Below, piece by piece: positions 35,850 to 47,928 of a stretch of 64,000 nt of DNA; position 1 is the first letter of the stretch, and each line of letters starts with the position of its first letter. The stretch comes from Marsupella aquatica (Eukaryota > Plantae > Marchantiophyta), in contig OZ316891.1 of assembly GCA_973895155.1 (NCBI GenBank), forward strand, positions 10,293,875 through 10,357,874, read 5' to 3'. The notes under the pieces were generated by a model, which had not been told where the DNA came from, did not search any database, and was given only the letters and a program-made list of their open reading frames with translations. Both the position numbers and the translations under genes were made by a program.

Positions 35850-37478
35850 ACGGTGCAAGGGCGTTGTTCCTTTTAGGAAGGGCGGACGTGGAGGTAGGAG
35901 GCGTGAGTGGGCAGGGCGGGCTCAGATCTCCAAGTTTAGGATTAGGATCAAGACCAGGAGACGGCCCTGACACTTAGATTAGTGGGATGGCGGATCCATT
36001 GGTAGGAGCAACACTTGTGCTCTTGCCTCGCTGTACAGTTAGGTAGATTACAGGTAGGATAGATTAAGCTTACGCGCGAAGTTCTGGACAGATCCACTGC
36101 CAGGATAAATACCTGGACAGTGGGGAGTCCAGGGCCTCTTCTTTAGCAAGTTTTTAGTTGCACCAGTTGGGCTGGGATCAAGTAGTAAGAGAAGCTCTCG
36201 GTTAGTTATACAGTGACCCTTGTGTATATTCTTGTTTCCTCATGCCTAAGAACTGAATAGAGTTGGCCTCACGGCTTAGTTCGTAGAGCTTGTGTATGAG
36301 ATGTACTGTTTGTATGGCAAGTGCACGGTATAACTCAGTCAGAAGGAGTCATTTTGCTATTTGTGTGTCACATTAACTTGTGTGAAGAGTGCCCACATCA
36401 ATGAAGGGAAGTAGCAAGGGAGTGAGAGTTGGATGTGTCGAGCTGAGAGAGGTCTTAGCGGCTTAACCAAGTCAATTGGGGATCATTCCGACGGCAGAAT
36501 CCAAACATACCTAATGGAAGACCAGGAGAGGAATACAAGGGAAGGCCTAGAATAGGCCGACTAAGTATCTCATAACCCAATGAAGGATCTGTCCAATATA
36601 TGTGTGTAAAAATGTTAATAGTAGTAAAAGGAGAGTTAGTAGCGTCCCATGCCGCTAAGTCACGGAAACGGCTTCGCCGAGGACGAAACCTGCGGGAATC
36701 GGCTTGAGCAAGGGGGTTTTCTTGGGTTTGGGGAGCCATGGGACGCACCACATAGCTCCTTTTGGACCCAAGGCAAATGGAGTGTGTTGGAAAGCTCTCG
36801 AAGAAGACTACATCCTAAGCTGAGCTCGGTCTAGGGATGTCATGGATTCTTGGGGTTTGCAGGCCCGACTATCTTGCTTGCTTGCCAAATCCTGCTAACA
36901 CAACAGCCAAACCATGCTAAGTCTCCCAAAGGAGCTTGCGTTGGGGAGGCAAGGCCAAGTAGGCATGGAGGTTGAGTTCTAAGTGCATTTGGCCCCTAGG
37001 CTATCACCCGGGCTATCAGTGGGGGAGAACCAAAACCTGGTTGTTAGAGTCAGGGCTATTCTGGTCCTGATGCGTTGGGACAAGCTTTAGGATAAGCTAC
37101 GCTAGTTGGGCCATGAGGATGTCTTGGGGTAGGGCGGTCAGTTGGTGATGGATAGATACGAGGGGGAACCTGGGGCTGCACCTAAGGAAGGAGCTGTTCT
37201 GGATAAACAATGGGTGTCGGTTCTGGTTCCAGCTTATGGCAACGGGAGGCTCCATATTGTAAGACAAAATAAAGTATCTCCTTAGACTTCACCATCTTCA
37301 TAAATTCTGGTTGCTCTTCTCAATGCTTGGCAATGTCTTGGGCAATGTCAAGGCTCATTGGAAAGCTAGAAAAAATTAGAAACTAATGATCTCCTTAATG
37401 TTTGACTCAATCCTCTACTCAATCTGGTTAGAAATTAACGCTAGTTGATAACCCTAGTTAGTTTGGCCTCAATAGGGT

Positions 37479-37953
37479 CCCGGGTACGCAACTCTTGTAT
37501 AATTGGCAGGGGTCTACATTTTTATATGGACTAAAAAGTTGGCTATACAAAATTATTAAAATTTGAAAAAACCTGGGTTTTCCACTTTTAAAAATTTTCA
37601 AGTCATATAAAAGGTTTGGTTCTCCTCTTTTTCCATATGAAATTAAAAAATATTCCTATACATGTTGTAGTTTTTATTAAAAGATTTTTAAAATTTTAAT
37701 AAAAATCCTAAAAAGCTGGCTAGTTTGGCTGTAGACCCCTGTATTAAAAAAAAGTCATATAATTTGGTTTTGATCAACTTTTTATACATAAAAACATATT
37801 CGGAATTTTTTTTAAGTTACATTTTTGGATTCCTTGAGTTGAGAGGTACAAGACTTTAGTAAACTAAAATGAAATCTAAGATGGTCTAAGGATATAGGGT
37901 CATTATAAGGAATTAAAAACTTGATTTATAAAAAGGGGAGTTGCATACCCGGG
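37479..37953. mobile_element. 475-bp AT-rich MITE with 8-bp TSD
   Basis: TIRs CCCGGGTACGCAACTC / GAGTTGCATACCCGGG; TSD AATAGGGT at 37471-37478 and 37954-37961. An internal inverted pair CAGGGGTCTACA (37507) / TGTAGACCCCTG (ends 37741) suggests a nested hAT-like MITE. Confidence 0.9.
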
Positions 37954-37989
37954 AATAGGGTTAGTTAACCCTTGGTTATATTAGGAGAA

Positions 37990-39500
37990 GATCTGGTGGT
38001 GGACCTAGCCACCCAGCGCCCTCACCAATCCCAACACCCACCCCTAAGTACCCATGGTGTCCAAACGCCTCCACAAAACTCCTTGAGCAAGCAACTTGAT
38101 GCCCCTAGCAACCCCAACGGCCACTCCCATACAAAATCGCACTTGTTCCCGAACACAACCGTCGCTCAACGGTCCTCACTGTCTGCACAAACAACCAAGC
38201 ACTCCGATAAGTAACGCAAAGAATGTACACAATCCAATACTAGCATCCTAACTCAAGCTCAATAGTCTTGGTAAGTAGGTCAACAAATAGGTACTCCCTG
38301 GCCCGCATGGCCTTGCCATAAACCGGAGCCAGAGCCATCACCCACTATTCGTCTGGAATAGTCCCTCTTTTGGTGCAACCCATACTCCCCAGCGTACCTA
38401 TTTGTCATTGGTTGACTGCCCTACCCTTGGGACATGCTCATGGCCCAAATAGCATACCTTGTCCCAAAGCTTATCCTAAGCTTGTCCTAAAACGTCAGGA
38501 CTAGAATGACCCCGACTCTTGCAACCAACGCATAGTTCTTGCTTAACTGATAGCTTAGGGGCCAAGTGCACTTTGAACTCAACCTCCATGCCTACTTGGC
38601 CTTGCCTCCCCATTGCAAGCTTCTGTGGAAAACTTAACACGGCTTGGCTGTTGTTTCGATAGAATTTGGCAAGCGGACATGATAGCCCCCGCAAACCCCA
38701 AGAACCCATGGTGCCCCCATACCCAATTGGGCTTAGGAGGATGTAGTTCTCCTTGAAAGCTTTCTAACGCACCCAAGAAGTCCCCCAATGGACTTCCCGT
38801 TGAGAAATTATCGTCATTTCCGTTTGGAGTCTCCTCTTGGTGTCGCGATCGTCACGACTCATGACTTGGGCTCGCCCTTGGCCCCCAGGGAGACACCACT
38901 CCCCTCATATATGCTTCTGGAGACCTGCCACTCCCAAACCTACTTTTGTCTCCAAATTTTGGCCCCCCACCTGGAACCCCAACTTGCACGCATGGGCACG
39001 CCACTAACTTGCTATGCCCATGTAACTTTCCAGTTAGGCGTCTGTAAGCAGAGTGCCTTAGCCCATTGTGATCGGGCCGACCCAGTGCTCATGCCTAGGC
39101 CCTCAGAATCCATCATCACTTGGGTGTCCCGGGCGGCCGCATTTGGGCCGTGCCATATCTCATGCACCAAGTGTCCGTTGCGCATGAAGTAAACTTTGTT
39201 AGCCTTGGGCCCAAGAGTAGCTCTCACTCAAGCCCTAAGAACTCAAAGTCCCCTAGGGGGTCCAGATGATTGACCTTGAGCCTGACCCCTTTCCATGACC
39301 CAACCAACCCCAAGCTAGTCTAAGTCCTTAGTGTGCATCATTGGCTTAGCACCTTGCCTTCGCTAGCGCAACACCTTGTTGCTCACTACTCCCCATGCTT
39401 AGTCCTCCCCGGATGACCGTTCCGGGCTTGGACCATAGGGGAGCTCGGTGTCGGAGTCAATGACGTTGGAACTAAGTGTTAAGGTAGTCAAGTTCCGCGA
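37990..39500 (+). repeat. Copy 3 (most complete) of the ~1.5-kb dispersed repeat
   Basis: Direct homology to 29985-31130 and inverse homology to 31465-31741 and 36758-37250. Confidence 0.75.
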
Positions 39501-40439
39501 CTGATCCACTTAGATTAGGTCCACACATCTCCACCCCCTTGGGGGAGTATAGGTTGGGGGGAGAACATTCTCTCTCTCATTATTCATATGTACTTTTTCA
39601 CGAGCTATGGATCCTTGAGGAGTTTTTCCATCATGGTGTTTTGTTGGTGTAGTAGTGTGAGATTTAGTGTTTTCATGTTGATTTAGTGTTTTCATGTTCC
39701 GTATTGTTGTCTAGTTTGGAGTCAACGGTTTCTTACACAAGGCCGAGTCCAAAGTCATTTGTCAATAGCTAGAGGAGCCTTACCGGTAATCACACATCAA
39801 AATGTGATAATATACCATGTGCACTCATGGATTTAAATAAAATAACAAAATTTATCCTGGTAGGGAGGAATACACTTTACATGTCATATTTTGATATGCA
39901 TTAGAAGAGGGTCGTTTGTTCACGGATTAATAATGTTACTCCTTGTGGTGGAGTTTAGTTGGGATGAGCAACACAAACCAAGCAACGCAAATCCGGGGAT
40001 CCCTGTTCAAGAGGCTGGGCTCATGAGTTCATTGAGACTCACATTGAAGTGGAGCCGGAGCAAGCAGGGAAGGAGCGGCAAGAGCTTGCTTGATTGTGGA
40101 AGCTTTGCCAAACAACATAAGTCGGAGGTGAGCTGATTAAGGAACAATTCCTTTGGACACCATCAAGTAATGATCTTGACCAATTGTTGATCTGTAAGGG
40201 CCGGGTATTCAGTATTTGAGAAGCCATCTATTGGTGTAACGACGAGCATTGGGACTTCTCAGGTAAGACTGAGCCTTGGACAAAAGCAGAGCTGCTTGGG
40301 GAGTCATCGATAGAAGGAAGCCTCAACTGCAGCAGCCGCACGGGCCAAGAGGACAAGATCGGTTCAATTGGTGAAGAAGCAAAGCCGAGCCGGTGAATCA
40401 GAAATTGGTCTGAAGGAGCGGAGTGCAATGGTGAGAGCC

Positions 40440-40620
40440 AAATCCACCAAGGAGGATAAATGGGTGGGATGGGCTGCCAAGTTGGCAGTGAATTTACAGT
40501 TCCAATTTCCCAGGGACAAGGATTCCTGGTTCACGGCTATCTAGTCCAAGAAGTACATTGTCTGGATTCATAACTACGGAGGAGCCTGATTTGGAACTAT
40601 TAGAATTTGTGGGCTCTGGG
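40440..40620 (+). mobile_element. Old diverged remnant of the PMD-like ORF family
   Basis: Reads STKEDKWVGWAAKLAVNLQFQFPRDKDSWFTAI*SKKY..EEPDLELLEFVGS, versus PTKDDTWKGWAATLPEEVQLYFAREEDACFTAMQTKKY..EVPDSDLLEFVGS in ORF 32495. Confidence 0.75.
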
Positions 40621-40666
40621 CCGGGGATGCACTCGGGGATCTGACTATATAGACCCCCGTCACCCG

Positions 40667-41057
40667 ACTGTGGGTGCAGGTATCAACGATGTAATCAGTG
40701 CCCATTCATGTCTCACAATTCCTTTGCATCCACACGACGAATGTTGCTTATTACGCTGATTTGTAATGGAGTACTGGTGTGCCGACCAACGTCGATCCAG
40801 CCATGCTGTTCTCTTGTGAATTATCAAGCATCTGTGGAACTATCGTCTGATTCTATGCCTCAGTTAGATTCGATGAGCCTTGAATTGTGAAATTCTGAAG
40901 CCTTAAGACATTCTCATCATTTTGTGGGTAATTGAAGCTAATAAATGAACCAAGACTTATAGTGTCCAGTGGTCATCAATATCAAAAAAGATGATGCCTG
41001 GAAAGCCGTTCTACCCGGAAGATTTAGCCCAACTTTCTCATCTGGAGACACTGAGGG
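40667..41057 (+). pseudogene. Dispersed ~390-bp copy of the SPRY locus segment 13181-13583
   Basis: Colinear from actgtgggtgcaggtatcaacgatg through agccttgaattgtgaaattctgaag to ggagacactgaggg. Confidence 0.85.
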
Positions 41058-42599
41058 AAAATTCGCACGGAGAAATGCAAAGACTGATAGCTCTGGGGCT
41101 CGTTTCCTCAATTGGAGGAGGAGAACCGTTTTCCAGAGCAAAAATTCCTCTCCCAACGAGATACTGAAAACTGTACAAGCCCTGGGGAGCATCAAACAGG
41201 CTCAGACGACGAGTAAGAACTCTCCAACACCCTGTCCAGCGAAGGTAGACTAATTTGCCCAGATCCACTGCAGATGTCCAGCCCGAGAAGGAGGAAGATC
41301 TCGAAGCCAGGAAAGTATCTAGCAAAACATGTCAAAGGAGGGTCTTGTCCTCCAAGAACATCCCTTGGGCATTATCCTTCTCAGCATCCTTCACCAGCGG
41401 AGAAGACAGACAGAAACGAACAATCGCCAGAATCTGGCTTTGGGCCTGTTGGTTCTCAAGATACATACACGGCAGAGATGGGACGTGAAAGAGGGGAGGT
41501 TGAGAGACACTGAGGTAGATAGAAGACGGAACAGATGGACGACCTTCAGACTCCAGGGAGTCGATCAGTGAAAGAGACGAAGCAACATGGACGACCTTCA
41601 GACTCCAGGAGCAATTTGGTGAACCTTTCAAAGAATTAATTGGGTAGTTTACAGGAAAGGGATAAAGTGGCAGCAAGAAGCCTAGGATGACCAGAGAAGT
41701 GGAGTGTCCATGCCTCTCCTGATCAGCTGCATAGCTTAGGCGCTTCCCCACAGCAGCCTGGATTGGTGGAAGTGGGGACCAAATGCACCGCGTTATACGT
41801 TATCTTCAGTGTGGCGTATTCCTCTGCGCTTCAGTTGCACTCACGTAAAACTATCAAGGGAGCAATGACCGCCTGAAATGACGAGTCACAGTAGAAGTTG
41901 AAAGGGCTAAAATAACTGAGCCTGTACTGAACAGTCACACAGGAAATTGAAACCATTGAGCTTCCAATTCAACTTTGCAACAGAGTGGACGGAACAGTTT
42001 CGACTCGTATGTTTCTGTAGTAGCAGGGATTAACATCGAGGTTGCTTGGGGTTTAATGCAATCATCAAATTGATCAAACCGTGGATTCGCAATTCTAGAC
42101 CTACCGTAATTATGCTGCTACAGCTCTTTCAGTAGTCGCGAGTATACTTAGGCAAGCAGAGGCAGACTTACATACTCACTCCACTTCTAAAACCGTCATG
42201 GTTGTTCCTTCCCTCGTTTCTATTTGATATCAAATTTCAACTGTCGGACTGACTTTGATATTTCTCCACCGGTGCTGAACCTTCTGCCCTCCTGACTTGG
42301 ATGCTTGTGTCCCCTCCCTTTCTCTTGCCTTGCGATTTCATGGACTGACAGCTCCTTTGTCTCCTCCTCCGTCTACTCCATTGCGCAGTCATTTGAGTTG
42401 TGTGCCAATTTCCAATGCCCAAGTTGCAGCTGTCGATCAAGTCATCATGAACCCACGTTGTTGCACCTCCTGTATCAACTCTGCCAATGCTTCGCCTGAT
42501 GATCTGATTACCCGTTGTTGTGCTGTACACTGAATTAAGGACTACCTGCTCATCGGATCTGCGAGCACTCTAACATCATCCCCGTATCATCTTTCGGGC

Positions 42600-45500
42600 A
42601 TGGCGGCAACTGAAGATTTAACTCCTGCGAAGGTTAAATCCCAATGGTACCAGGCACTTTTCGAGGAAGATTGCATCGCTGTCATGGAACTGTTGGATGT
42701 TTATCCAAGTCTTTTGAAGGTCGGATGGGACAGCAAACCTTCACAACAAGTTGCAGGGCGGAAGCGACGAGAGGCGACTGGATGGACTCAAAGCTCATGG
42801 AAGGGGCGCACTGCGCTTCACGTGGGCGCAAGTAGGGGATGCGTGAAGCTCATCATGCAAGTGCTAAGACTTTGTAATCTGCATTACTTCTCCATCGTTA
42901 ATGAGGCATACAAGAGGTGGAGTTTCCTTGATCAAACGCCAACAGGTGAACAGAATGTAGCTGCGAGCGAAGATTCAAGTAGCAGTGACTTTCCGCCTGA
43001 CGATGCTATCCAAGAAAATGACCCACAGAGGGGCGAGGATTGATCATGCAAGTGCTAAGACTTTGTAATCTGCATTGCTTCTCCATCGTTAATGAGGCAT
43101 ACAAGAGGTGGAGTTTCCTTGATCAAACGCCAACAGGTGAACAGGAGGTAGCTGCGAGCGAAGATTCAAGTAGCAGTGACTTTCCGCCTGACGATGCTAT
43201 CCAAGAAAATGACCCACAGAGGGGCGAGGATCGCGCACAAGCAGCAGAGACAAGTGGCTCAGCGTCCAGAGGTCCACTTCGGAAACTCCAGAAGACTCTG
43301 ACCAATGTCTTCCGTTTTGCAAATGGCACGACAAAAGAGATTGTGTTTGGATTGCCATACTTCTTCCTCACATGTTGCCGTCCCACACGAGCAAACAACT
43401 GGTGAGCCGTCACCTTTGTCATGCCATTTGCCAAACGGAAGACATTGGTCACCGTCACCTTCGTAATGATGTCTCTACAACGGATCGTAGACATCTGCTA
43501 CTTGCCAAGGACGGGGAAAGTGGGTTGGATGCACTAGCAATTGCAGTTCTCCATGGCAAGAAGGAAATTATTGATCTCCTCCGATACTGCGCAGGAGAAC
43601 TTGAAGACCACACTCATTATGATAAAATATCTATAGACGCACGGAGTGCGAGCTCAATGTTTGATGCGACAGGAAACCTGGAGAAAAGGAAGCTGCTAAG
43701 ACAAGTAACGGTGGAGGCAGTGACGGCTTTCATAGATCAATAGGATGTCAATCGGTCAGTGGATTCAGATGATGCAGTATTTCGGCCGCCGCCATCTACC
43801 ATGCACAGAAGGGCATTGGATGAGTACCTGGAACTCCGCAATGCATCCACCACATTTTTGCTAGATAAAGTGGGAGGCCATTCAGTCTTCACGGACTACT
43901 TCAAAGACAGGGATTTCAGCTTCCTCCCTCCTGAGGAATACCTATTTCACTTCTTGTGCTCTAAGAAATCTCGGTGCACGGTCGTTGAAAGTGGCATGAT
44001 AGACACCTTGTGGGCGGCGATCAGGTTATGGCAAGGAGACCAGGATCTTTGGTATTTCCTGTTGACATTCAGAGATGGACAGGGAAGAGCACCTTTCCAT
44101 ATTGCTATGGAGTACTCCAACGAAACCAATATCATCAGGGTATTATTGAGAGGGAATACCAAGGACGTGGAGGCTATCATTGTTGCAGTGGACGCACTTG
44201 ACGGAGCTGGACGGAGACCTCTCCTGACGGCTGCTATGTTGGGTCATTATGATTCAATTTCTAGAATTCTTGACTGGGCTGGTGATTATGATCAGGTGGC
44301 ATGCACATGCCGGGTTCGTGATGAGTTTGGTATAGAAGACTGGGGATCATCTTGGGAACTCAACTTCCCGCTAAAATTCCCACTCCCTCAGACTCCCCTC
44401 CATGCAGCACTCATCAATAAAAATTTCTCCTGCGCGGAGCTTCTGCTCGAACGGGGGCGTGAACTACAGTTGGTCGACGAAAATTACCTATCCCGCGATG
44501 AAGTACTGTATCGACAAGGCAATCCGGTACCATTGGTTTCACATGTTCTCGCCATCAAAGATGTTAAGGAGTGGATCGAGTGGGATTTACTGGAACTTGC
44601 ATGTCTTGTGGGAGCACCTGTCACATTCATAGAGAAACTCAAGGTCTGTGCAAATTTGGAGTTCTTCAATAATGTCTTGACAAATTTTGGGAATGTATTA
44701 CTCAGTATTACTTTACATCATTTCCATCGTTGAGGGACATAAAGCTAAAATGCTCGGTACGACCATTAGGATTGACCAAGAACCTGAACGGATCACTTCA
44801 ACCTAGATGGACCATCTTGAAATATTCCTAAAACTCAGATAGTAACTTTGTTTTATATTTTGGAATTTTTGCACCTTTGGATGATAAAATCAGTGACGGT
44901 GATTTTGGGGTCAGGGTTACCATAAATAGTCAATAAATTTCTTAACACGGTAAAATAGTGTACTATTCTGTATTCCCACATTATTTGGGGATTGTGGCAG
45001 TTTAAGAACTAAGTCCATTAGGGTCCTTTGGTCACATGAGGAGCCATTTTCAGCAGCACAAGTTATTTGCCATAAATTATGCCCATAAGCAGAATTCTTG
45101 GTTGCTTATCTTCGGAAAATATAATTGCACCAATCTTGGGACCAATCCGGCATGTGATTCTTAGTTTGCATTCCATGCTAAAGATTCCCCTTATAATCTT
45201 TATCATTCAGTCAATAATCAAAGATGCATTCAGTCAATAATCAAAAATGTCATAATGTCATGCATGATATATATTCATCACAATTTTGTACTACTCATCT
45301 TGAGTTTCAAACTAACCCACTCTAATACTACAATAGATAGGTTCTAAGGATGTGTTTAACACTTTCTTTGTATTCGAATGTTTTTTATTCAGGTTAAGCA
45401 TATTTCTCAAGTTCGCTTTCGCTACGTTCTATCGGACGAGTATCCTTCTCGAATATAATTTCCTGGAGACACTGAAAAAGAAATTTTCATGATATCTATT

Positions 45501-46136
45501 AAGCATGCAATATGTACTCCATGTTACCTTTGTGTTTTAAACGTATGTATCGTTGTATTTCAAATGTTCCAGGGTGACTTAGCAACACCAAGACATTACA
45601 GCAGAAAAGAAAAGACAATTGCAGATGGCACATCAATTGTAACCCTCGAACATCAATGGCACCCCCTTCATCTTGCTGCTTCTTCAGGGAGGTATGACCT
45701 GGTGAAATTTCTCATAGATGATCTTCTATGAAATTTCGTACCGATGCCACAACAAGCAATGCTTCAAGAGCTACAACGAACCCGGGAAATGGTCATATTG
45801 GCAGTTGGAATCTTACTTCCATCCATATTTTTTATATTTGTAGCTTTTACCTGCAGTTCAATCTCGGCGATGAGTGCTAACATCACTCTAGAGGTTGGTT
45901 TAAAATTAACAATAGGTTCTACTCTTGTAGGAACAGCTTTATCTCTTTGCGTGTTTAGTTTGTTCTCAATCAAGTTCTTGGCTTTTATTTTTCCCAAAAA
46001 CACTTCGATTAGATATGCTTACAATTTAGCATTTTTTCCAAAACGAATCAGCAAGGTCTTAGCAGAGAAGGGAATGCCTCTCGGTAGGACAAAGAGAGTG
46101 TATTCAACTGTACAAAAACAGAAAAGCCTTCTGTGA
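42600..46136 (+). pseudogene. Ankyrin-repeat protein with C-terminal transmembrane segments, disrupted
   Basis: Ankyrin motifs GRTALHVGASRG, GLDALAIAVLHG, GRAPFHIAME, GRRPLLTAAMLGH, QTPLHAALINKN and WHPLHLAASSGRYDLVKFL; hydrophobic helices in 45744-46136. Disrupted by a 191-bp frameshifting duplication, a frame change near 43400, TAG 43741 and TGA 45729. Probable intron from 44644 to ~45572. Confidence 0.8.
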
Positions 46137-47928
46137 GTTTTCCAATGTGGGAACTGTAAACTTTGAGCATAAGATGGCTCTAATTATTTTGAATCAATTG
46201 CATACATTAGCTTTTGGTTGCGTATTTTTATTTAAGGCCATGATAACCACGGATTCGCTTGCCTCAATTGTATTGAATATATGATAAGAGTTCAGGAAAG
46301 GCAGCAAAGACTTAGACTTCAGATTGGTTGCGTATTTGTTGTTAAAGCTCGTGATCCAAAATGTTCAATGGATCCAGAGTATGTTCTGGACTACCAGTTT
46401 GCAACAGGTTCTCTTCAGACCTTGAGATCACTTGAGAGCCTGCGTGGCTCGTAGTTTCTGGCCCGATTTCCCTTCTCTTGCCATCTTACAAGCTGGAAAC
46501 GAGCTTCCATGCCCTGTTCTTCGTGCACTGACGCGAGTACCAAAACTTCACCTTCTTCCCTCGAAGTCCAACGCACTTCTTCAGCCGTTGTGTTTGAAGC
46601 ACGGTCACTAGCAGAATTCCATCAAAGGCACTGATGAAAATCATTAAGAAGAGTAGTCTCTTCATGGGCATCTACTCCCAAATTGGTGATCCAAGCCCAG
46701 TGAGGAATATTTCTTTCATATTCTTATGGAGCCCAATCGTGGTCACTCGTCTCCTGCCACGAATTGCTTACTGAGATGGCCATGTCGGCACGCCTATTCA
46801 AGGGTTTGCAATTTGCAAGGCTAATTTTGTTATCGCGTACACAAATGAGCTGCTGATTGACGATCACCAGTCTTCGGGCAGGGTTTTTCCTGCTGTGGAG
46901 GAGATACAAAACTGTGAGAAATGACAGTTCCTCCTCTTTGGTCCTCGGGGTCAGAAGTGAAAGCTCCTATTTCTTGGTCAATGTGCCCTGATCCGTGCTC
47001 TGGAGTAGTGATCTGTCCTTGAGCCTTGGGTGAGCAATGACAGCTCCTATTCTTTCCTCAATTTGCCTGATCCAGACGTGAGCACTGACTAAACCACAAT
47101 GCAATATTCCAGGAAATAACCAATGTCCTGTCTGTTTACAAGGCCAACTCTTTGATAAACTCCATAGATACAATGTTGGCATGAAATGCCTGCTGTAACT
47201 TCCAGTTGCAAGGCTATGACGCCCCAAAGTGAGTATAAAACCCGGAGTAACCGATACCTTCGCTCATTCATACCAGATCATGTAACCGCTATCTGGTAAT
47301 TCAACAGAAGAAGGCACCATAGTTGAAAGGCTGAAATACGATTAGTCTTGACAAAATGTAAAGATAATTCAATCAAAGGCTGCAGACAAGGGGTAACAAC
47401 AATTACCTAAACTTTCGATTCATCCGCAACATGTGCACAGTAGCTGAGAGCTACAACCAGCAATGTCAATAGAAAGCCCATGTGTCCGAATCACAAAGAG
47501 ACTTGAGAGATTCCTTCATCGTATTCCAACTTATTAGATTTATTTCCTTTCAAGGGCACATGTCAACTGACATCTGTTGGGTGCCCGGACAACACCGTAC
47601 CACCTTCCTTACCGTCTAACCCTACCTAATAAACATCATCGTTGACGATGCTCGATACATTACAGCGCTCAACTTTCGAAAAGAGAGCGGGTTTCACAAC
47701 TGTACACTCCTCAGTGAGGATATATCACAACCCCAAATCAAAGTTCGATCACATTACACCAGATCACTCACCGACATTATAGCTCGAGACCTTGGCAGTT
47801 GGGATATCAAAACTTCGAACATCCAACATGTTCTTCCATCCGTGAAGACCTTAGGTAAACCTTACGGATGAATCAGATCATTGCAGCTGGTATGGTACAA
47901 GGAATTGTTTCGTTCCTACAAAATTCCC

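Larger units (their letters stand above)
31742..36752 (+). mobile_element. 5.0-kb TG..CA element (giant solo-LTR-like) carrying ORFs
   Basis: Ends TGTGATGC...GCACCACA form an 8-bp imperfect inverted repeat. Flanks are GAGCT/TAGCT (5-bp TSD, 1 mismatch), supported by the empty-site paralog at ~39215. No terminal direct repeats and no gag/RT/IN motifs. Confidence 0.88.
31465..37250 (-). repeat. Copy 2 (inverted, internally deleted) of the ~1.5-kb repeat, interrupted by the 5-kb element
   Basis: 31465-31741 is the reverse complement of ~39220-39500, and 36758-37250 is the reverse complement of ~38310-38775 plus the junction. The empty site gagtgagagct-actcttgggcccaaggc is seen at ~39200-39230. 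Confidence 0.8.

Noticed and set aside
31742-36752. Interpretation as DIRS, Ginger or Polinton
   Set aside because: No tyrosine recombinase, integrase or polymerase motifs and no long TIRs; the 5-bp TSD fits an LTR integrase.
46480-47300. Short minus-strand ORFs between the ankyrin and TBC genes
   Set aside because: No recognisable motifs and no consistent splicing; may be 3' UTR or a decayed gene.
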